64,000 nt of DNA from Candidatus Spongiisociaceae bacterium (GCA_965219685.1 CBDCOH010000002.1:1248001-1312000), one strand, 5' to 3'; counted from the stretch's first letter, positions 50,454-60,546 are shown. Program-made: numbers and translations. Notes: generated by a model not told the origin, from the sequence alone.

Positions 50454-50675
50454 TCAGGACTGCAGGGCGATCATGATTCCCACCACAGAGGCAGCGGCCG
50501 CGTAGACCGACGCGATCATCCACATCCCCAACCGGAAGGCCGCCCGGTCCGACGCCCGCTGCCCGTCCAGGATCGAAGCCAGCATCGTCGCAGCCGTTGC
50601 GGAGATTTCGGCTCGAACCTCGGCTTGGCGGGCTTCATCCTTCGCGTCGACCAGGGACTCGGTTACGGTCGTCAC
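50454..50675 (-). CDS. Small C-terminally membrane-anchored protein (VTESLVDxKDEARQAEV family)
   Basis: GTG start after AGGGGG; shares a 17-aa motif with 34096-34287; C-terminal TM. Confidence 0.75.
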   Translation of the reverse strand: MTTVTESLVDAKDEARQAEVRAEISATAATMLASILDGQRASDRAAFRLGMWMIASVYAAAASVVGIMIALQS

Positions 50676-50714
50676 AATATCCCCCTGCCCTCTTTGCCGA
50701 TTCTTGATCGGGTT

Positions 50715-50743
50715 AGCATACAACGTTGTGGAGTATATAACAA
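50715..50743 (-). promoter_or_regulatory. Sigma-70-type promoter containing the ACAACGTTGT palindrome
   Basis: TTGTTA-N17-TATGCT; palindrome at 50720-50729. Confidence 0.55.
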
Positions 50744-50797
50744 CGCTTATCTCGGGCGGACCCGCGCCGGTGGTGTGGCCCAGCTAGACGGAGTAGG

Positions 50798-50839
50798 CCA
50801 CTCACCACTCACCACTCACCACTCACCACTCACCACTCT
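50798..50839 (-). repeat. Heptamer array (CCACTCA)x5 + 1 imperfect unit, starting at the fumC stop
   Basis: Read directly from the sequence. Confidence 0.9.
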
Positions 50840-52229
50840 AGAGAATCCCTCCCTCGGTCATCCGCTTGATGTCGAGGACGCGGTCGAGTTCCTCCGCATC
50901 CAGGAGGCCCATCTCGAGCACCACCTCGCGGATGGTGCGTCCGGTGGCGAAGGCCTCCTTGGCGACCTCGGCCCCTTTGTCGTAGCCGATGCGCGGGTTG
51001 AGGGCCGTCACGACGATCAGGTTGGCGTCCGCCAACTCCCTGGCCCGTTCCACGTCGGCCTCAATCCCCTCGACGCAGCGTTCGCGCAGGGTGGTCGAGG
51101 CGTTGGCCAGCAAGTCGATCGACTCGAGAAGGTTGTGGGCCATCATCGGCATCATGACGTTCAACTCGAGGTTCCCGTTGGCGCCGCCCCAGACAATGGC
51201 GGCGTCGTTTCCGATCACCTGGGCGGCCACCTGCATCGCCATCTCCGGAATAACCGGATTCACCTTTCCCGGCATGATCGAAGACCCCGGTTGCAGGGCC
51301 GGAAGTCTGATCTCCGCCAGACCTGTCCGGGGTCCCGAGGACAGCCAGCGCAGGTCGTTCGCGATCTTGAAAAGCGAGACGGCCACAGTCTTGAGGGCTC
51401 CCGAGGCCATCACCACTGCGTCCTTGGCCGCCTGGGCCTCGAAGTGGTTGGTGGCCTCCCGGAAGGGTATGCCGGTCCTCTCCGACAACGACCGGATGAC
51501 CGAGGCGGCGTATCCGGGAGGCGCGTTGATCCCGGTTCCGACCGCCGTGCCGCCCAGCGGAAGTTCTTCGAGGTCGGGCACCACCGCCCTTAGCCGGTCG
51601 GCGCCGCGCCGGGCCTGGTCGGCATAGCCGGAGAACTCCTGGCCCAGGGTGACCGGTGTGGCGTCCATGAGGTGGGTCCGACCGGACTTCACCACGTCGC
51701 CGAAGGCATCCGCCTTGTCCTGGAGGGATCCGGACAGACCGGAGAGGGCCGGGATCAGGTCTTCACGGATGGCGGCCGATCCCGCCACGTGGATGGCCGT
51801 GGGTATCACGTCGTTGGACGACTGACCGAAGTTCACATGGTCGTTGGGATGCACCGGGCGGTCCTCGGTGGTGGCTCCCAGTAGTTGGACAGCGCGATTG
51901 GCGATCACTTCGTTGGCGTTGGTATTGGTGGACGTTCCGGAACCGGTCTGGAATATGTCGAGCACGAACTGGTCGTCGAGCGCCCCTTCCACGACCTCGT
52001 CGGCCGCCCGCGCAACTGCTGCAGCGATCTCGTCGGGTACGTACCCTGTCCGGCCCGAGACGCGAGCCGCCGATCCCTTGATCAGACCCATGGCCCAGAT
52101 AAACCGGCGGCTGAACCGGAGGTTGGAGATCGGGAAGTTCTCGACGGCCCGCTGGGTGGAGGCCCCGTACAACGCGTCGGAGGGAACCTGCAGTTCCCCC
52201 ATCGAATCCCTCTCGATCCTGTAGCCCAC
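50838..52229 (-). CDS. fumC: Class II fumarate hydratase
   Basis: [36 protein letters not shown]. Confidence 0.95.
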   Translation of the reverse strand: MGYRIERDSMGELQVPSDALYGASTQRAVENFPISNLRFSRRFIWAMGLIKGSAARVSGRTGYVPDEIAAAVARAADEVVEGALDDQFVLDIFQTGSGTSTNTNANEVIANRAVQLLGATTEDRPVHPNDHVNFGQSSNDVIPTAIHVAGSAAIREDLIPALSGLSGSLQDKADAFGDVVKSGRTHLMDATPVTLGQEFSGYADQARRGADRLRAVVPDLEELPLGGTAVGTGINAPPGYAASVIRSLSERTGIPFREATNHFEAQAAKDAVVMASGALKTVAVSLFKIANDLRWLSSGPRTGLAEIRLPALQPGSSIMPGKVNPVIPEMAMQVAAQVIGNDAAIVWGGANGNLELNVMMPMMAHNLLESIDLLANASTTLRERCVEGIEADVERARELADANLIVVTALNPRIGYDKGAEVAKEAFATGRTIREVVLEMGLLDAEELDRVLDIKRMTEGGIL

Positions 52230-52387
52230 GTGCGCCTCCTCGACCAGCCTGCTCCCGCATCGTGGCAGGACCGGTCACTTTACCCGTGCCATCGTCTGCT
52301 CTGAGCCCGCATCCTCGCCTGCATCCAGGGGAGCGATATGAGGTAGCGTTGCGAGGCCTGCCCTGGTCGGGAAGGAGCGCCGCCAGA

Positions 52388-53092
52388 GTGACCAGATCAT
52401 CCGCGCCAACGATCACCGGTAGCATCCTGGTGGTCGAGGACGACCGCGGGGTCCGCGAGTCCCTCAGACGCGCTCTCCTACTCGAGGGATTCGACGTCGC
52501 GACCGTATCGGACGGCGCCTCGGCACTCGAGGACGCAACCGTCCACGACTACGACGCCATGATCCTGGATGTGATGATGCCCCGGATGGATGGGATCGAG
52601 GTGGCTCGGCGGTTGCGCGCCGCCGGGAACTCCGTACCGATCCTCATGCTGACCGCCCGCCACGAGGTGTCCAGCCGGGTTGAGGGTCTCGACGCCGGCG
52701 CCGACGACTACCTCGCCAAGCCATTCGCCTTGGAAGAGCTGCTCGCGCGGATCCGGGCACTTCTCCGGCGCGGCGGGTTGTCCGGGCAGGGCGAGCGCCT
52801 GCGGCTATCCGACCTGGTGCTCGACCCTGCAGGCCGCCGCGCCTTCAGGGGGAGCCGGGAACTACTTCTGACCAAGACCGAGTTCGACCTGCTCGAGCTG
52901 CTCCTCTTCAACCCCCGGGTGGTCCTCACCCGAGGGCTCATCATGGACCGGATCTGGGGATACGACTTCGAGACGAGCTCCAACCCCCTCGAGGTGTACA
53001 TCGGGTACCTGCGCCGCAAACTGGAGGCGGCGGGAGAGCCCCGGCTCATCCACACCGTTCGGGGTGTGGGATACGTGGCGAGGGACCCGTGA
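52388..53092 (+). CDS. mprA: OmpR-family response regulator (MprA-like)
   Basis: [54 protein letters not shown]. Confidence 0.85.
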   Translation: MTRSSAPTITGSILVVEDDRGVRESLRRALLLEGFDVATVSDGASALEDATVHDYDAMILDVMMPRMDGIEVARRLRAAGNSVPILMLTARHEVSSRVEGLDAGADDYLAKPFALEELLARIRALLRRGGLSGQGERLRLSDLVLDPAGRRAFRGSRELLLTKTEFDLLELLLFNPRVVLTRGLIMDRIWGYDFETSSNPLEVYIGYLRRKLEAAGEPRLIHTVRGVGYVARDP

Positions 53093-54459
53093 GCCTCCGG
53101 CGGCGTTGGGCCCTGGGGTTGGGCGTGGTCGCAGCGGTGGCGATCGGCCTGATCACGATCGCCGCGGTCGTGTCGGCGGAGCGGCAACTACGCGGAGCGG
53201 TCGATGCGGACCTCCGGCAAAGGGCCTCCGAACTCGCCCGGCTGCCGGGAGACCAGCGCATCGAGGGTCGGGCGCCGCGTGCACGCCTGCTGCCGAGGAT
53301 CGTCGACCTCGACGCCGTCGTCCAGGCTCTCGACGAGGACGGCGCCGTGCTGCTGCGTATAGGACCGGAAGGGGTGATCCCGCCGGTGGAAGCGGCCGAT
53401 CTGGGCGTCCTGGCGGAGGCTGGCCGCTCACTGGTCCGGGATGTGGAGATAGCGGGTGTCGCGTTTCGCATGATCACCTTCAGTGTCCGGCTTCCGACAG
53501 GCGGAGGGCCTTCCGCGGTCGCGTTCCAGATCGCGACGGACCGGTCCCGAGTCGACGCGAACCTCGCCGAGCTCACCCGGCGCCTCGTGACGATCGGCGT
53601 GCTGGGGGTTCTACTGGTCGGTTTCACCGGTTGGCTGCTCGCGTCGAGAGCGGTCCGGCCGATCACAGACCTCACGGATGCGGCGGAGCGGATCGCCTCG
53701 TCGGAGCGTATCGATGCGGGAGGCCGGCTCGACATGTCGGCCCCCGGAGAGATCGGACGTTTGGCGAGGGCGTTCTCTTCGATGCTCGCCTCGCTGAGGA
53801 GGTCCAGGGAGGAACAGCAGCGACTCGTTACGGACGCGGGTCACGAGTTCCGGACTCCCATCACCTCGCTGACGACCAATCTCGAGATTCTTCGCCGGCA
53901 AGGAGACCGGCTGTCCCGTGACCAGAGCCAAGACCTGATCGAAGCGGCGCTCGCCGAGTCGAGGCAGTTGGCCGGGCTGGCGGCTGAACTCGTCGACCTC
54001 TCGACGGATGCGCACCACACGGACGAGCCGACGGTGCCTGTCGACATGCGGAGGTTGGCCGACGAGGTTGCGGGTCGCTTCCGTCAACTCTCCGAGAAGG
54101 AGATCACCGTGTCGGGCGCCGGGGCCACCGTCCGGGGGCGGCGGTCACAGCTGGAACGGGCGTTGGGGAATCTGGTTGACAACGCCGCCAAGTGGGCTGA
54201 CAGCGCCGTGGAGATCGTGCTGGACGGAGCTTCGGTCACCGTCGTCGACGATGGCCCCGGTATTCCCGAAGAGGCCATCCCCCATATCTTCGACCGGTTC
54301 TACCGGTCTCGCGATGTCCGCTCCACGCCGGGTACCGGGCTCGGACTGTCGATCGTGGAACATCTGATCGTCGCGAACGGCGGGGCGGTCACGGCCCGCA
54401 ACGGTCCCGGCGGCGGCGCCGAAGTGGGTTTCACCCTGCCCGTCGTTCCCGGCCGGTGA
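53089..54459 (+). CDS. mprB: HAMP sensor histidine kinase (MprB-like)
   Basis: Two [34 protein letters not shown]. Confidence 0.85.
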   Translation: MSLRRRWALGLGVVAAVAIGLITIAAVVSAERQLRGAVDADLRQRASELARLPGDQRIEGRAPRARLLPRIVDLDAVVQALDEDGAVLLRIGPEGVIPPVEAADLGVLAEAGRSLVRDVEIAGVAFRMITFSVRLPTGGGPSAVAFQIATDRSRVDANLAELTRRLVTIGVLGVLLVGFTGWLLASRAVRPITDLTDAAERIASSERIDAGGRLDMSAPGEIGRLARAFSSMLASLRRSREEQQRLVTDAGHEFRTPITSLTTNLEILRRQGDRLSRDQSQDLIEAALAESRQLAGLAAELVDLSTDAHHTDEPTVPVDMRRLADEVAGRFRQLSEKEITVSGAGATVRGRRSQLERALGNLVDNAAKWADSAVEIVLDGASVTVVDDGPGIPEEAIPHIFDRFYRSRDVRSTPGTGLGLSIVEHLIVANGGAVTARNGPGGGAEVGFTLPVVPGR

Positions 54460-54543
54460 GCCGCTCTCCCGACACCGGAGCAAGTAGCTGAGTGTTCACG
54501 CTACCGAATCCGGTGACCACGTAACTAGCGCAAACCAGTGTAA

Positions 54544-54803
54544 CTAGACGAGTAGCTCCAAGGGATCTGGCCGAGAGCGACCGTGCTCTAACATCGTTTA
54601 CGCAACGCTGCACGACGCAGCGGTAACTCCTATGCATCTGTTCCTGGACTCGGATCCGGGGCTGCGACTTCGTGAAGAGCGACGGGCGGCGTAAACGCGA
54701 GACCCAAACAGTGCTATTGAGGATCGTAAATGATCCAAGTTATCGGTACCCAACGATCACCAACTAACAACTATAGACTACCAACTAGGAACTAATCATC
54801 GAT
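54544..54803. repeat. Dispersed ~255-bp element, copy D
   Basis: CTAGACGAGTAGCTCCAAGGGATCTG ... GGAACTAATCATCGAT (right CTAG decayed). Confidence 0.8.
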
Positions 54804-54835
54804 TCCGGCCGGGCGCCGGCTCGGAGGTTCCGGCG

Positions 54836-54875
54836 CGACGGCGGGCCCCGGGGAGGTCACCGAGGCCCGCCGTCG
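54836..54875. terminator. GC-rich hairpin, probable terminator
   Basis: CGACGGCGGGCC / GGCCCGCCGTCG 12-bp stem, 16 nt after the stop at 54892; no U-tract. Confidence 0.5.
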
Positions 54876-54891
54876 GAGGGGAGGCTTGTTA

Positions 54892-55386
54892 TTAAGAGAC
54901 CGATCCGGAAGCCTGCGAGGGTGCCCCGGTCGGTTTCTTCCCACCGTGCAGATGGTGACCCCCGCCCGAGCGCCATCTCCTGCGGTCGGAGGCGGCTTCT
55001 CGGAACTCTTCCCTGGTTATCTCACCGTCTTCCAGCGCATCTGCCAAGGGACCGTTCTCGTCGGTGATCCGGTCCGCGAACGGCAACTGCGAGATCTCGT
55101 CCGAGGTCAGCACGTCGTCTTCCCAGAACGCCTTGAGTTGATCCAGCGCCGCCTTGGCCTCCTCCAGCGCCTGGGATCTCTTCTCCGCCAGCGCCGTCGT
55201 GATGGCGTCGGCCTGCACCTCGGTGATGGTCCCCTCTGCGACGAGGTCGGCCAGCACTCCCTCGAGGAGGCTCGTGCCCTCGGTGCGGGCGACTCCTGGG
55301 GATCCACGATGGGTGCCTCGTGCCATCACAGCCGTCGCGACCCCCAGAACGAGCACCGCGGCCACGGGAATGATGATCTTGCGCAT
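54892..55386 (-). CDS. Secreted helical hypothetical protein
   Basis: Signal peptide MRKIIIPVAAVLVLGVATAVMA; LVAEGTITEVQADAI motif. Confidence 0.72.
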   Translation of the reverse strand: MRKIIIPVAAVLVLGVATAVMARGTHRGSPGVARTEGTSLLEGVLADLVAEGTITEVQADAITTALAEKRSQALEEAKAALDQLKAFWEDDVLTSDEISQLPFADRITDENGPLADALEDGEITREEFREAASDRRRWRSGGGHHLHGGKKPTGAPSQASGSVS

Positions 55387-55451
55387 CCTTTGCTTCCTTT
55401 CTCGATCAGGTTCGGATTCCCACCATCTTGGGAGACCAACATGTGCCGTTC

Positions 55452-55479
55452 CTGAGAGAAACCTGAGCATTCCATGAGA
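55452..55479 (-). promoter_or_regulatory. Triple MprA-type box
   Basis: Minus strand TCTCAT-N5-GCTCAG-N5-TCTCAG (11-bp period). Confidence 0.7.
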
Positions 55480-55499
55480 ACCTTGTCAGGTGTCAGGTG

Positions 55500-55523
55500 G
55501 AATTCACCATTCACCATTCACTA
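55500..55523 (-). repeat. Heptamer array (xxATTCA)x3 after the sufC copy 2 stop
   Basis: gaattca ccattca ccattca cta. Confidence 0.7.
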
Positions 55524-56324
55524 CACGTCAAATGGGGTGTCGGTGAATATGTCGCTCATCTTCGGAGTCGGCGGGGCCTTACGCGGAGCCGCCAGCCCGA
55601 GCCGGGACCGGACCGCCGAGTATCCGCCCGCCTCCAACTCGTGAGCCAGCTCGGGGCCTCCGGAATCGGCGATGCGCCCATCGATCATGATGTGTACGCG
55701 GTCGGGTTCCGCGTAGTTGAGGATCCGGCTGTAGTGGGTGATCATCAGCACCGCCACATCGGGGCTGCGCATCTCGGAGACCGCTGTGGCCACCTCGCGC
55801 ACGGTGTCGATGTCGAGTCCCGAGTCGACCTCGTCCAGCACCATCACCCGAGGCTCGAGAACCGCCATCTGGAACATCTCGGACCGCTTCTTCTCGCCTC
55901 CGGACAGGCCGCTGTTGACCGCCCGGCCGAGAAATCGCTCCATACCGAAACGCTGTGCCTTCGCTGCGATCCGATCTGCCGCTTCCCCGGCCGTCGCTCC
56001 GAGCGAGACCGCCGCCTCCTCGACGAACACCGACAAGTCCAGGCCCGGGATCTCCACGGGATACTGGAACGCCTGCAGCAACCCGGCCCGAGCCCGTTCG
56101 GAGACATCGAGATCGTCCATTCGTAGGCCATTTACCAAGACCTTCCCCGACACCTCGTACCCTGACTTGCCCGCCAGCACATGGCACAGGGTGGATTTTC
56201 CGGAACCGTTGGGGCCCATGATGGCGTGTACCTGGCCGAAGGGCACGCTGAGGTCCACACCCTTCAGGATCTTGAGGTCACGTACCGATGCCTCGAGGTT
56301 CTCGACGCGGAGTGCGATCGTCAC
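55521..56324 (-). CDS. sufC: Fe-S assembly ATPase SufC (copy 2)
   Basis: MGPNGSGKST, AFQYP, LSGGEKKR, DEVDSGLDID. Confidence 0.92.
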   Translation of the reverse strand: MTIALRVENLEASVRDLKILKGVDLSVPFGQVHAIMGPNGSGKSTLCHVLAGKSGYEVSGKVLVNGLRMDDLDVSERARAGLLQAFQYPVEIPGLDLSVFVEEAAVSLGATAGEAADRIAAKAQRFGMERFLGRAVNSGLSGGEKKRSEMFQMAVLEPRVMVLDEVDSGLDIDTVREVATAVSEMRSPDVAVLMITHYSRILNYAEPDRVHIMIDGRIADSGGPELAHELEAGGYSAVRSRLGLAAPRKAPPTPKMSDIFTDTPFDV

Positions 56325-56647
56325 CGGTCACCTCCAGGGGAATCGAGCGCCACCATCACCCCGTCGCCGTCGACTCGCACCTCGTAGGTGGGAACCGGGC
56401 GGGTAGCGGGCAGCGATCGTGGCCTTCCCGTCCGAACGTCGAACTCGGAGCCGTGGCGGGGACATTCCACGTCGTAGTCGAAGAGGTCGCCTTCCGCCAG
56501 CGAAGCGTCCGCATGGCTGCACATGTCGCCGATCACGTAGAAGTCACCGCCGATGCGGAAGACCGCCAGCCGGTGCCCCGCTACGTCCACCCTCGTGCCG
56601 CCTTCAGCGAAGGAGCCCACGTCGCCTATCCGGTGCCACTCGATCAT
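56321..56647 (-). CDS. Rieske-type ferredoxin (SUF-associated)
   Basis: CSH...CPRH. Confidence 0.9.
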   Translation of the reverse strand: MIEWHRIGDVGSFAEGGTRVDVAGHRLAVFRIGGDFYVIGDMCSHADASLAEGDLFDYDVECPRHGSEFDVRTGRPRSLPATRPVPTYEVRVDGDGVMVALDSPGGDR

Positions 56648-57909
56648 CTGGCTCCCCTTCGCTGGGCACCGGCGTACTTGGCGGCCACCGCGGCTCGCGA
56701 CGGCGCCGCCAGCTGGGGCACCGCCAACTTGGCGAGGATCTCGTCGAAGAACCCCCGCACGAGGAGGCGTTCAGCCCGGTCCGGCGGTAGGCCCCGGCTC
56801 ATCAGGTAGTAGAGCTGTTCCTCGTCGGGAGGGCCCGACGACGAGCCATGCCCACACTGGAGATCGTCGGTCAGGATCTCCAGGTTGGGAACCGAGTGGA
56901 CCTTGGCGCCATCGGAGAGCACCAGGTTTCGGTTGGTCTCGAACGCGGAGGTCCCGACCGCCGGGTTCTCGATGCGCATCAGGCCGGTCCAAACCGCCTC
57001 CGCCCGGTCGGCTACCGCCCCCTTCAGGAAGATGTCCGAGGTCGTGCGCGGTCCGTGGTGCGTGACGTAGATCCGGTAGTCGAGAACCTGGCGGCGGTCC
57101 CCGAAGTAGATACCGCCGACCTTGGCGGACGAACCCTTGCCGGCAAGGGAGATCCCGAGGCGTTGGCGCGAGTAGCGACCGCCGAGACCGATCTCGTCGA
57201 TCCGCACGGTGGAGTCGCGGTCGGCCACGAACTGGTGGTGAGCGACCATCCGCGCCGAATCGTCGATACGCTGGACCACCGAGACGGCTATACGGGCGCC
57301 ACGATCGGCCAGTACCTCGACGATCGGACACAGGAGCAACTCCGCGCCGGGAGCGGAGCGATACACCACCATGACCGTTCCCTCCGAACCTGGACGGCCG
57401 ATGACGGTCACATGAGGGAAGCTGACCGTACCGGGGGCGACCGACTGCACATCCACGACCACCGGGGATGCGACAACCCGGCCCGCCGGGAAGACCACGA
57501 CGCCTCCCGGAGGAGCGAGGGCATGGTTGGCCGCGCTGAAGATGTCGATGTCCGGAGACACGGCGGAGCCATAGCGGGAGACCACATCCCCGTTCGGTAG
57601 GTCCCCCACCCCCGCAACCTCCACCCCGTCTCCGTGGGCTCGGACCACATGGCCGTCGATCAGGCACAGAGAGCCGCTCGGCTCGTCCACGACGTCGAGA
57701 TACTCGTCCCCGCCCAGTTCCTGCGGCGCCTCCCCTGCCGGGCGGAAGTCGTCCAGGGCGAAGTCGAGGTCGACGTACTTCCAGTCCTCGGAAGTGGATG
57801 CCGGCATCGACGCGGCGGCCAGGGCACGGGACCCCCGGCTGCGCAGAGCAGCCAGCCACCCGGGGGCGGCGTGGTCTGTCTCCGTTGGGTCTGGGAATGG
57901 TCCGGGCAC
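56644..57909 (-). CDS. sufD: Fe-S assembly protein SufD
   Basis: EDWKY, NRNLVL, SVPNLEI, CGHG, YYLMSRGL; start re-called to GTG 57909 after GAAGGAG. Confidence 0.9.
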   Translation of the reverse strand: MPGPFPDPTETDHAAPGWLAALRSRGSRALAAASMPASTSEDWKYVDLDFALDDFRPAGEAPQELGGDEYLDVVDEPSGSLCLIDGHVVRAHGDGVEVAGVGDLPNGDVVSRYGSAVSPDIDIFSAANHALAPPGGVVVFPAGRVVASPVVVDVQSVAPGTVSFPHVTVIGRPGSEGTVMVVYRSAPGAELLLCPIVEVLADRGARIAVSVVQRIDDSARMVAHHQFVADRDSTVRIDEIGLGGRYSRQRLGISLAGKGSSAKVGGIYFGDRRQVLDYRIYVTHHGPRTTSDIFLKGAVADRAEAVWTGLMRIENPAVGTSAFETNRNLVLSDGAKVHSVPNLEILTDDLQCGHGSSSGPPDEEQLYYLMSRGLPPDRAERLLVRGFFDEILAKLAVPQLAAPSRAAVAAKYAGAQRRGAR

Positions 57910-58018
57910 GGCGCCGGCTCCTTCGCGGTACGGGGGTGCGCATGGTAGACGCAACCGACATCGTATTGGATGCGCCGCGCCGGTGCGAAGCGAGTTGATC
58001 CCGCCCGTGGGTTCCCGC

Positions 58019-58744
58019 TCAGACCCCGGCGGCCGGCGACGCCGGCGTATCGGCCTCCCTACCGGCTATCAGTTCCGACGCTCGCTCGAACACGGCGTCC
58101 AGCATCGGGTCGGTCAGACGGCCGGTGAAGGTGTTCTGCTGGGACGGGTGGTAACAACCGATGACGACGGGCGCCCCGCTCCCGAGTTCCACCTCGACCC
58201 CGTGACCGAACCGGGGCCTGGGACGGGGGACGTCCCATCCTCGCCGGAGGCCCAGCCGGAGCGTCTGGTCGAACGCCATGCCGCCGAGGGCCACGATCAC
58301 CTTCACGTTCTCGCACAGGTCGAGTTCACGTTCCAGCCAGGTTGCGCAGGTATCGCGCTCCACGGGTTTCGGGCGGTTGGACGGCGGAACGCATCTGACG
58401 ATGGCGGTGATCGCAGCATCGAGCAGTTCCAGTCCGTCGCCCCGGCGCACCGCTACGGGCCGGTTTGCGAAGCCGGCGCGGAACAGAGCGCGGAAGAGCC
58501 ATTCGCCGGATCGGTCACCCGTGAACATGCGACCGGTCCGGTTCGAGCCGTGGGCGCCGGGCGCCAGCCCGATCATCAGCAGGCGCGCCGTGTGATCGCC
58601 GAGCATCGGGACCGGGCGAGCCCAGTACTCCTCGCCGGCGTAGGCAGCCCGCTTCTTGGCGGCGACCTCCTCCCGCCAGGACACCAGTCTCGGACAGCGC
58701 CGGCAGTCGACCAACTGCTCCTGGAGCCTTGCGAAGTCACTCAC
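58019..58744 (-). CDS. udgB: Family 5 uracil-DNA glycosylase (4Fe-4S)
   Basis: CRRCPRL, GLAPGAHGSNRTGRMFTGD, HPSQQN. Confidence 0.9.
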   Translation of the reverse strand: MSDFARLQEQLVDCRRCPRLVSWREEVAAKKRAAYAGEEYWARPVPMLGDHTARLLMIGLAPGAHGSNRTGRMFTGDRSGEWLFRALFRAGFANRPVAVRRGDGLELLDAAITAIVRCVPPSNRPKPVERDTCATWLERELDLCENVKVIVALGGMAFDQTLRLGLRRGWDVPRPRPRFGHGVEVELGSGAPVVIGCYHPSQQNTFTGRLTDPMLDAVFERASELIAGREADTPASPAAGV

Positions 58745-60345
58745 GGCGCGGGATCCACCGGTGGTCCCGTGCCTCCTCCCGAACCGGACGCCGGCTGCGG
58801 AGCTGCGTCCAGCGCGTCCACCTGGAACCGGCTGACGGCATTCCACAACATCCACCCCAGGCCGCCGCCGCGAGCTTCGGCAGCCCGGATCTCGGCCCTC
58901 ACCTGGGCCGGGTTGTAGCCGAAGTCCTGGAGCCAGGGCCGGATGATGGCCGAACCCTGGCGGCGCTCGATCGCATCATCGAGGGCATGACCCACCACCT
59001 CCCCCGGATGGTTGTTCGGTACGTCGAATCCGAACCAGCCCCGCGAATAGTGGCTCGGGTACAGCATCGGGGATATCACGTCGATGGTCTGGGAGAGCGC
59101 TACGAACTCCTGGCCGATGCCACCGTCGCCCTGCACCGTGGTGATGAATCCGAATATGTCGGCGGCGACCAGGCAGCCGAGCGGGTGCAGCAACTCGCCG
59201 GCTTCCCGGAGGAACCCGGTGATCGCCTCCTGGCGGACCTCCGCGGAGCTGCCGTGATCGAAGCGGGCGCTCTCCGGGAAGCCGTCGGGGAACCGCACGT
59301 AGTCGAACTGGATCTCGTCGAATCCCGCCTTGCACACCTCCTGGGCCAAGTCGAGGGCGTAGGCCCGCGCCCGGCCGTCGGTGGGATCGAGGAAGTACTG
59401 GCCGCCCTTGTTGTATGGCTGTCCGGTCCTCGTGTCGAAGACAGCCATGTCGACCTCGGCCCGGGCGGCGATCGGGTCCTGGAACGTTACGAGCCGCGCG
59501 ATCTTGTAGAGGTCCCGCCGGTCCATCTCCACCATCACCCGGTCGAGGTCGACGAGTGGCTCCACCGCCCCGACGCGTCTGGCTAGCGGCACCGCGCTGT
59601 CGTAGAAGATGCGGCCCGACTCGCCCTTGACATCGATCACGAACGCGTTCACGACCGTTTCCTCGGCCACCGCCAGGAGGTCCCTCCACAGTTCCTGATC
59701 CGTGTACACCCAGTGGCCGATGTGCAAGGCCTTGATGACCATGGGTTGGATCGTGACCGTCTCCACCAGGGGTGTTCCCACCCAGTAGACCTCGGTCCTC
59801 TCCCATCCCGGGCGCTCAACGGTGATGGTGCCCGCCGACGCTCGGCTTATCTCGAAGCGACCGGACTGGTCGGTGATCGTGGCCGTGCCGCCGAGCGAAA
59901 CGGAGGCCGCCGGCAGGCCGAACCCGCTCGGGTCGAGCACCGCACCCCTGAGGACGGCCGGACGGAGCGCCAACTCGAGGGGTTCGTCATGGTACTCCTC
60001 GACCGCCACGGCCGCCGGGAAGAACCCTTCAGCCCTTACCGACACGGAGATCGGATCGCCCTCCCAGCGGACCTGTACCTGTCCCGCCTCGTCGCTGACG
60101 AGGAGCAAGTCGTCGGCTGACGCCTCCGCTCCGCCTATCGGGACCCCTTGGTCGTCCTGAACCTGGATCGTGACAATCGCGGTCTCCCCCGGCGGTGGAA
60201 TGGGCGACTCGCCGGCGACGACCACCGATTGGGCCATGCACGCCGGCAGTGCGACACCGACCATCAAGGCGAACGATCCCATGAGGGAGCGGAAACCTGG
60301 TCGGGTCTCCGGAATGGCCGGGTGGTTGTTGGCGGTCAGGATCAT
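58741..60345 (-). CDS. Putative lipoprotein glycoside hydrolase (DUF4015-like) with N-terminal beta-sandwich domains
   Basis: Possible lipobox LPAC; VIDVKGESG, GFDEIQFDYVRFP, SPMLYPSHY, RPWLQDF; start uncertain. Confidence 0.75.
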   Translation of the reverse strand: MILTANNHPAIPETRPGFRSLMGSFALMVGVALPACMAQSVVVAGESPIPPPGETAIVTIQVQDDQGVPIGGAEASADDLLLVSDEAGQVQVRWEGDPISVSVRAEGFFPAAVAVEEYHDEPLELALRPAVLRGAVLDPSGFGLPAASVSLGGTATITDQSGRFEISRASAGTITVERPGWERTEVYWVGTPLVETVTIQPMVIKALHIGHWVYTDQELWRDLLAVAEETVVNAFVIDVKGESGRIFYDSAVPLARRVGAVEPLVDLDRVMVEMDRRDLYKIARLVTFQDPIAARAEVDMAVFDTRTGQPYNKGGQYFLDPTDGRARAYALDLAQEVCKAGFDEIQFDYVRFPDGFPESARFDHGSSAEVRQEAITGFLREAGELLHPLGCLVAADIFGFITTVQGDGGIGQEFVALSQTIDVISPMLYPSHYSRGWFGFDVPNNHPGEVVGHALDDAIERRQGSAIIRPWLQDFGYNPAQVRAEIRAAEARGGGLGWMLWNAVSRFQVDALDAAPQPASGSGGGTGPPVDPAP

Positions 60346-60546
60346 GAGGGCGCCTATTCGGGCGTGTCGTCTTGCAGTGGTGTCAAGCGTAATCCGGTTG
60401 CCCGGTCCGGTTCTGCGGGCTTCCGGGTGAAGGCCCGGGCCGTCCCGTTCGGGCTCCGTAACGGTGTCCGGAGATTCCTGCGTTGCGAAATCCGGCGCGG
60501 GGTGATACGTTGCCTTGCCCAAGCAAGCACGAGGTGGAACACGGGC

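Noticed and set aside
50798-50839. Short repeats as a possible CRISPR array
   Set aside because: The units are contiguous 7-mers with no spacers, and there are no cas genes in the window.
60148-60546. Long N-terminal extension of the sigma factor
   Set aside because: It overlaps the divergent hydrolase gene and does not resemble region 1.1.
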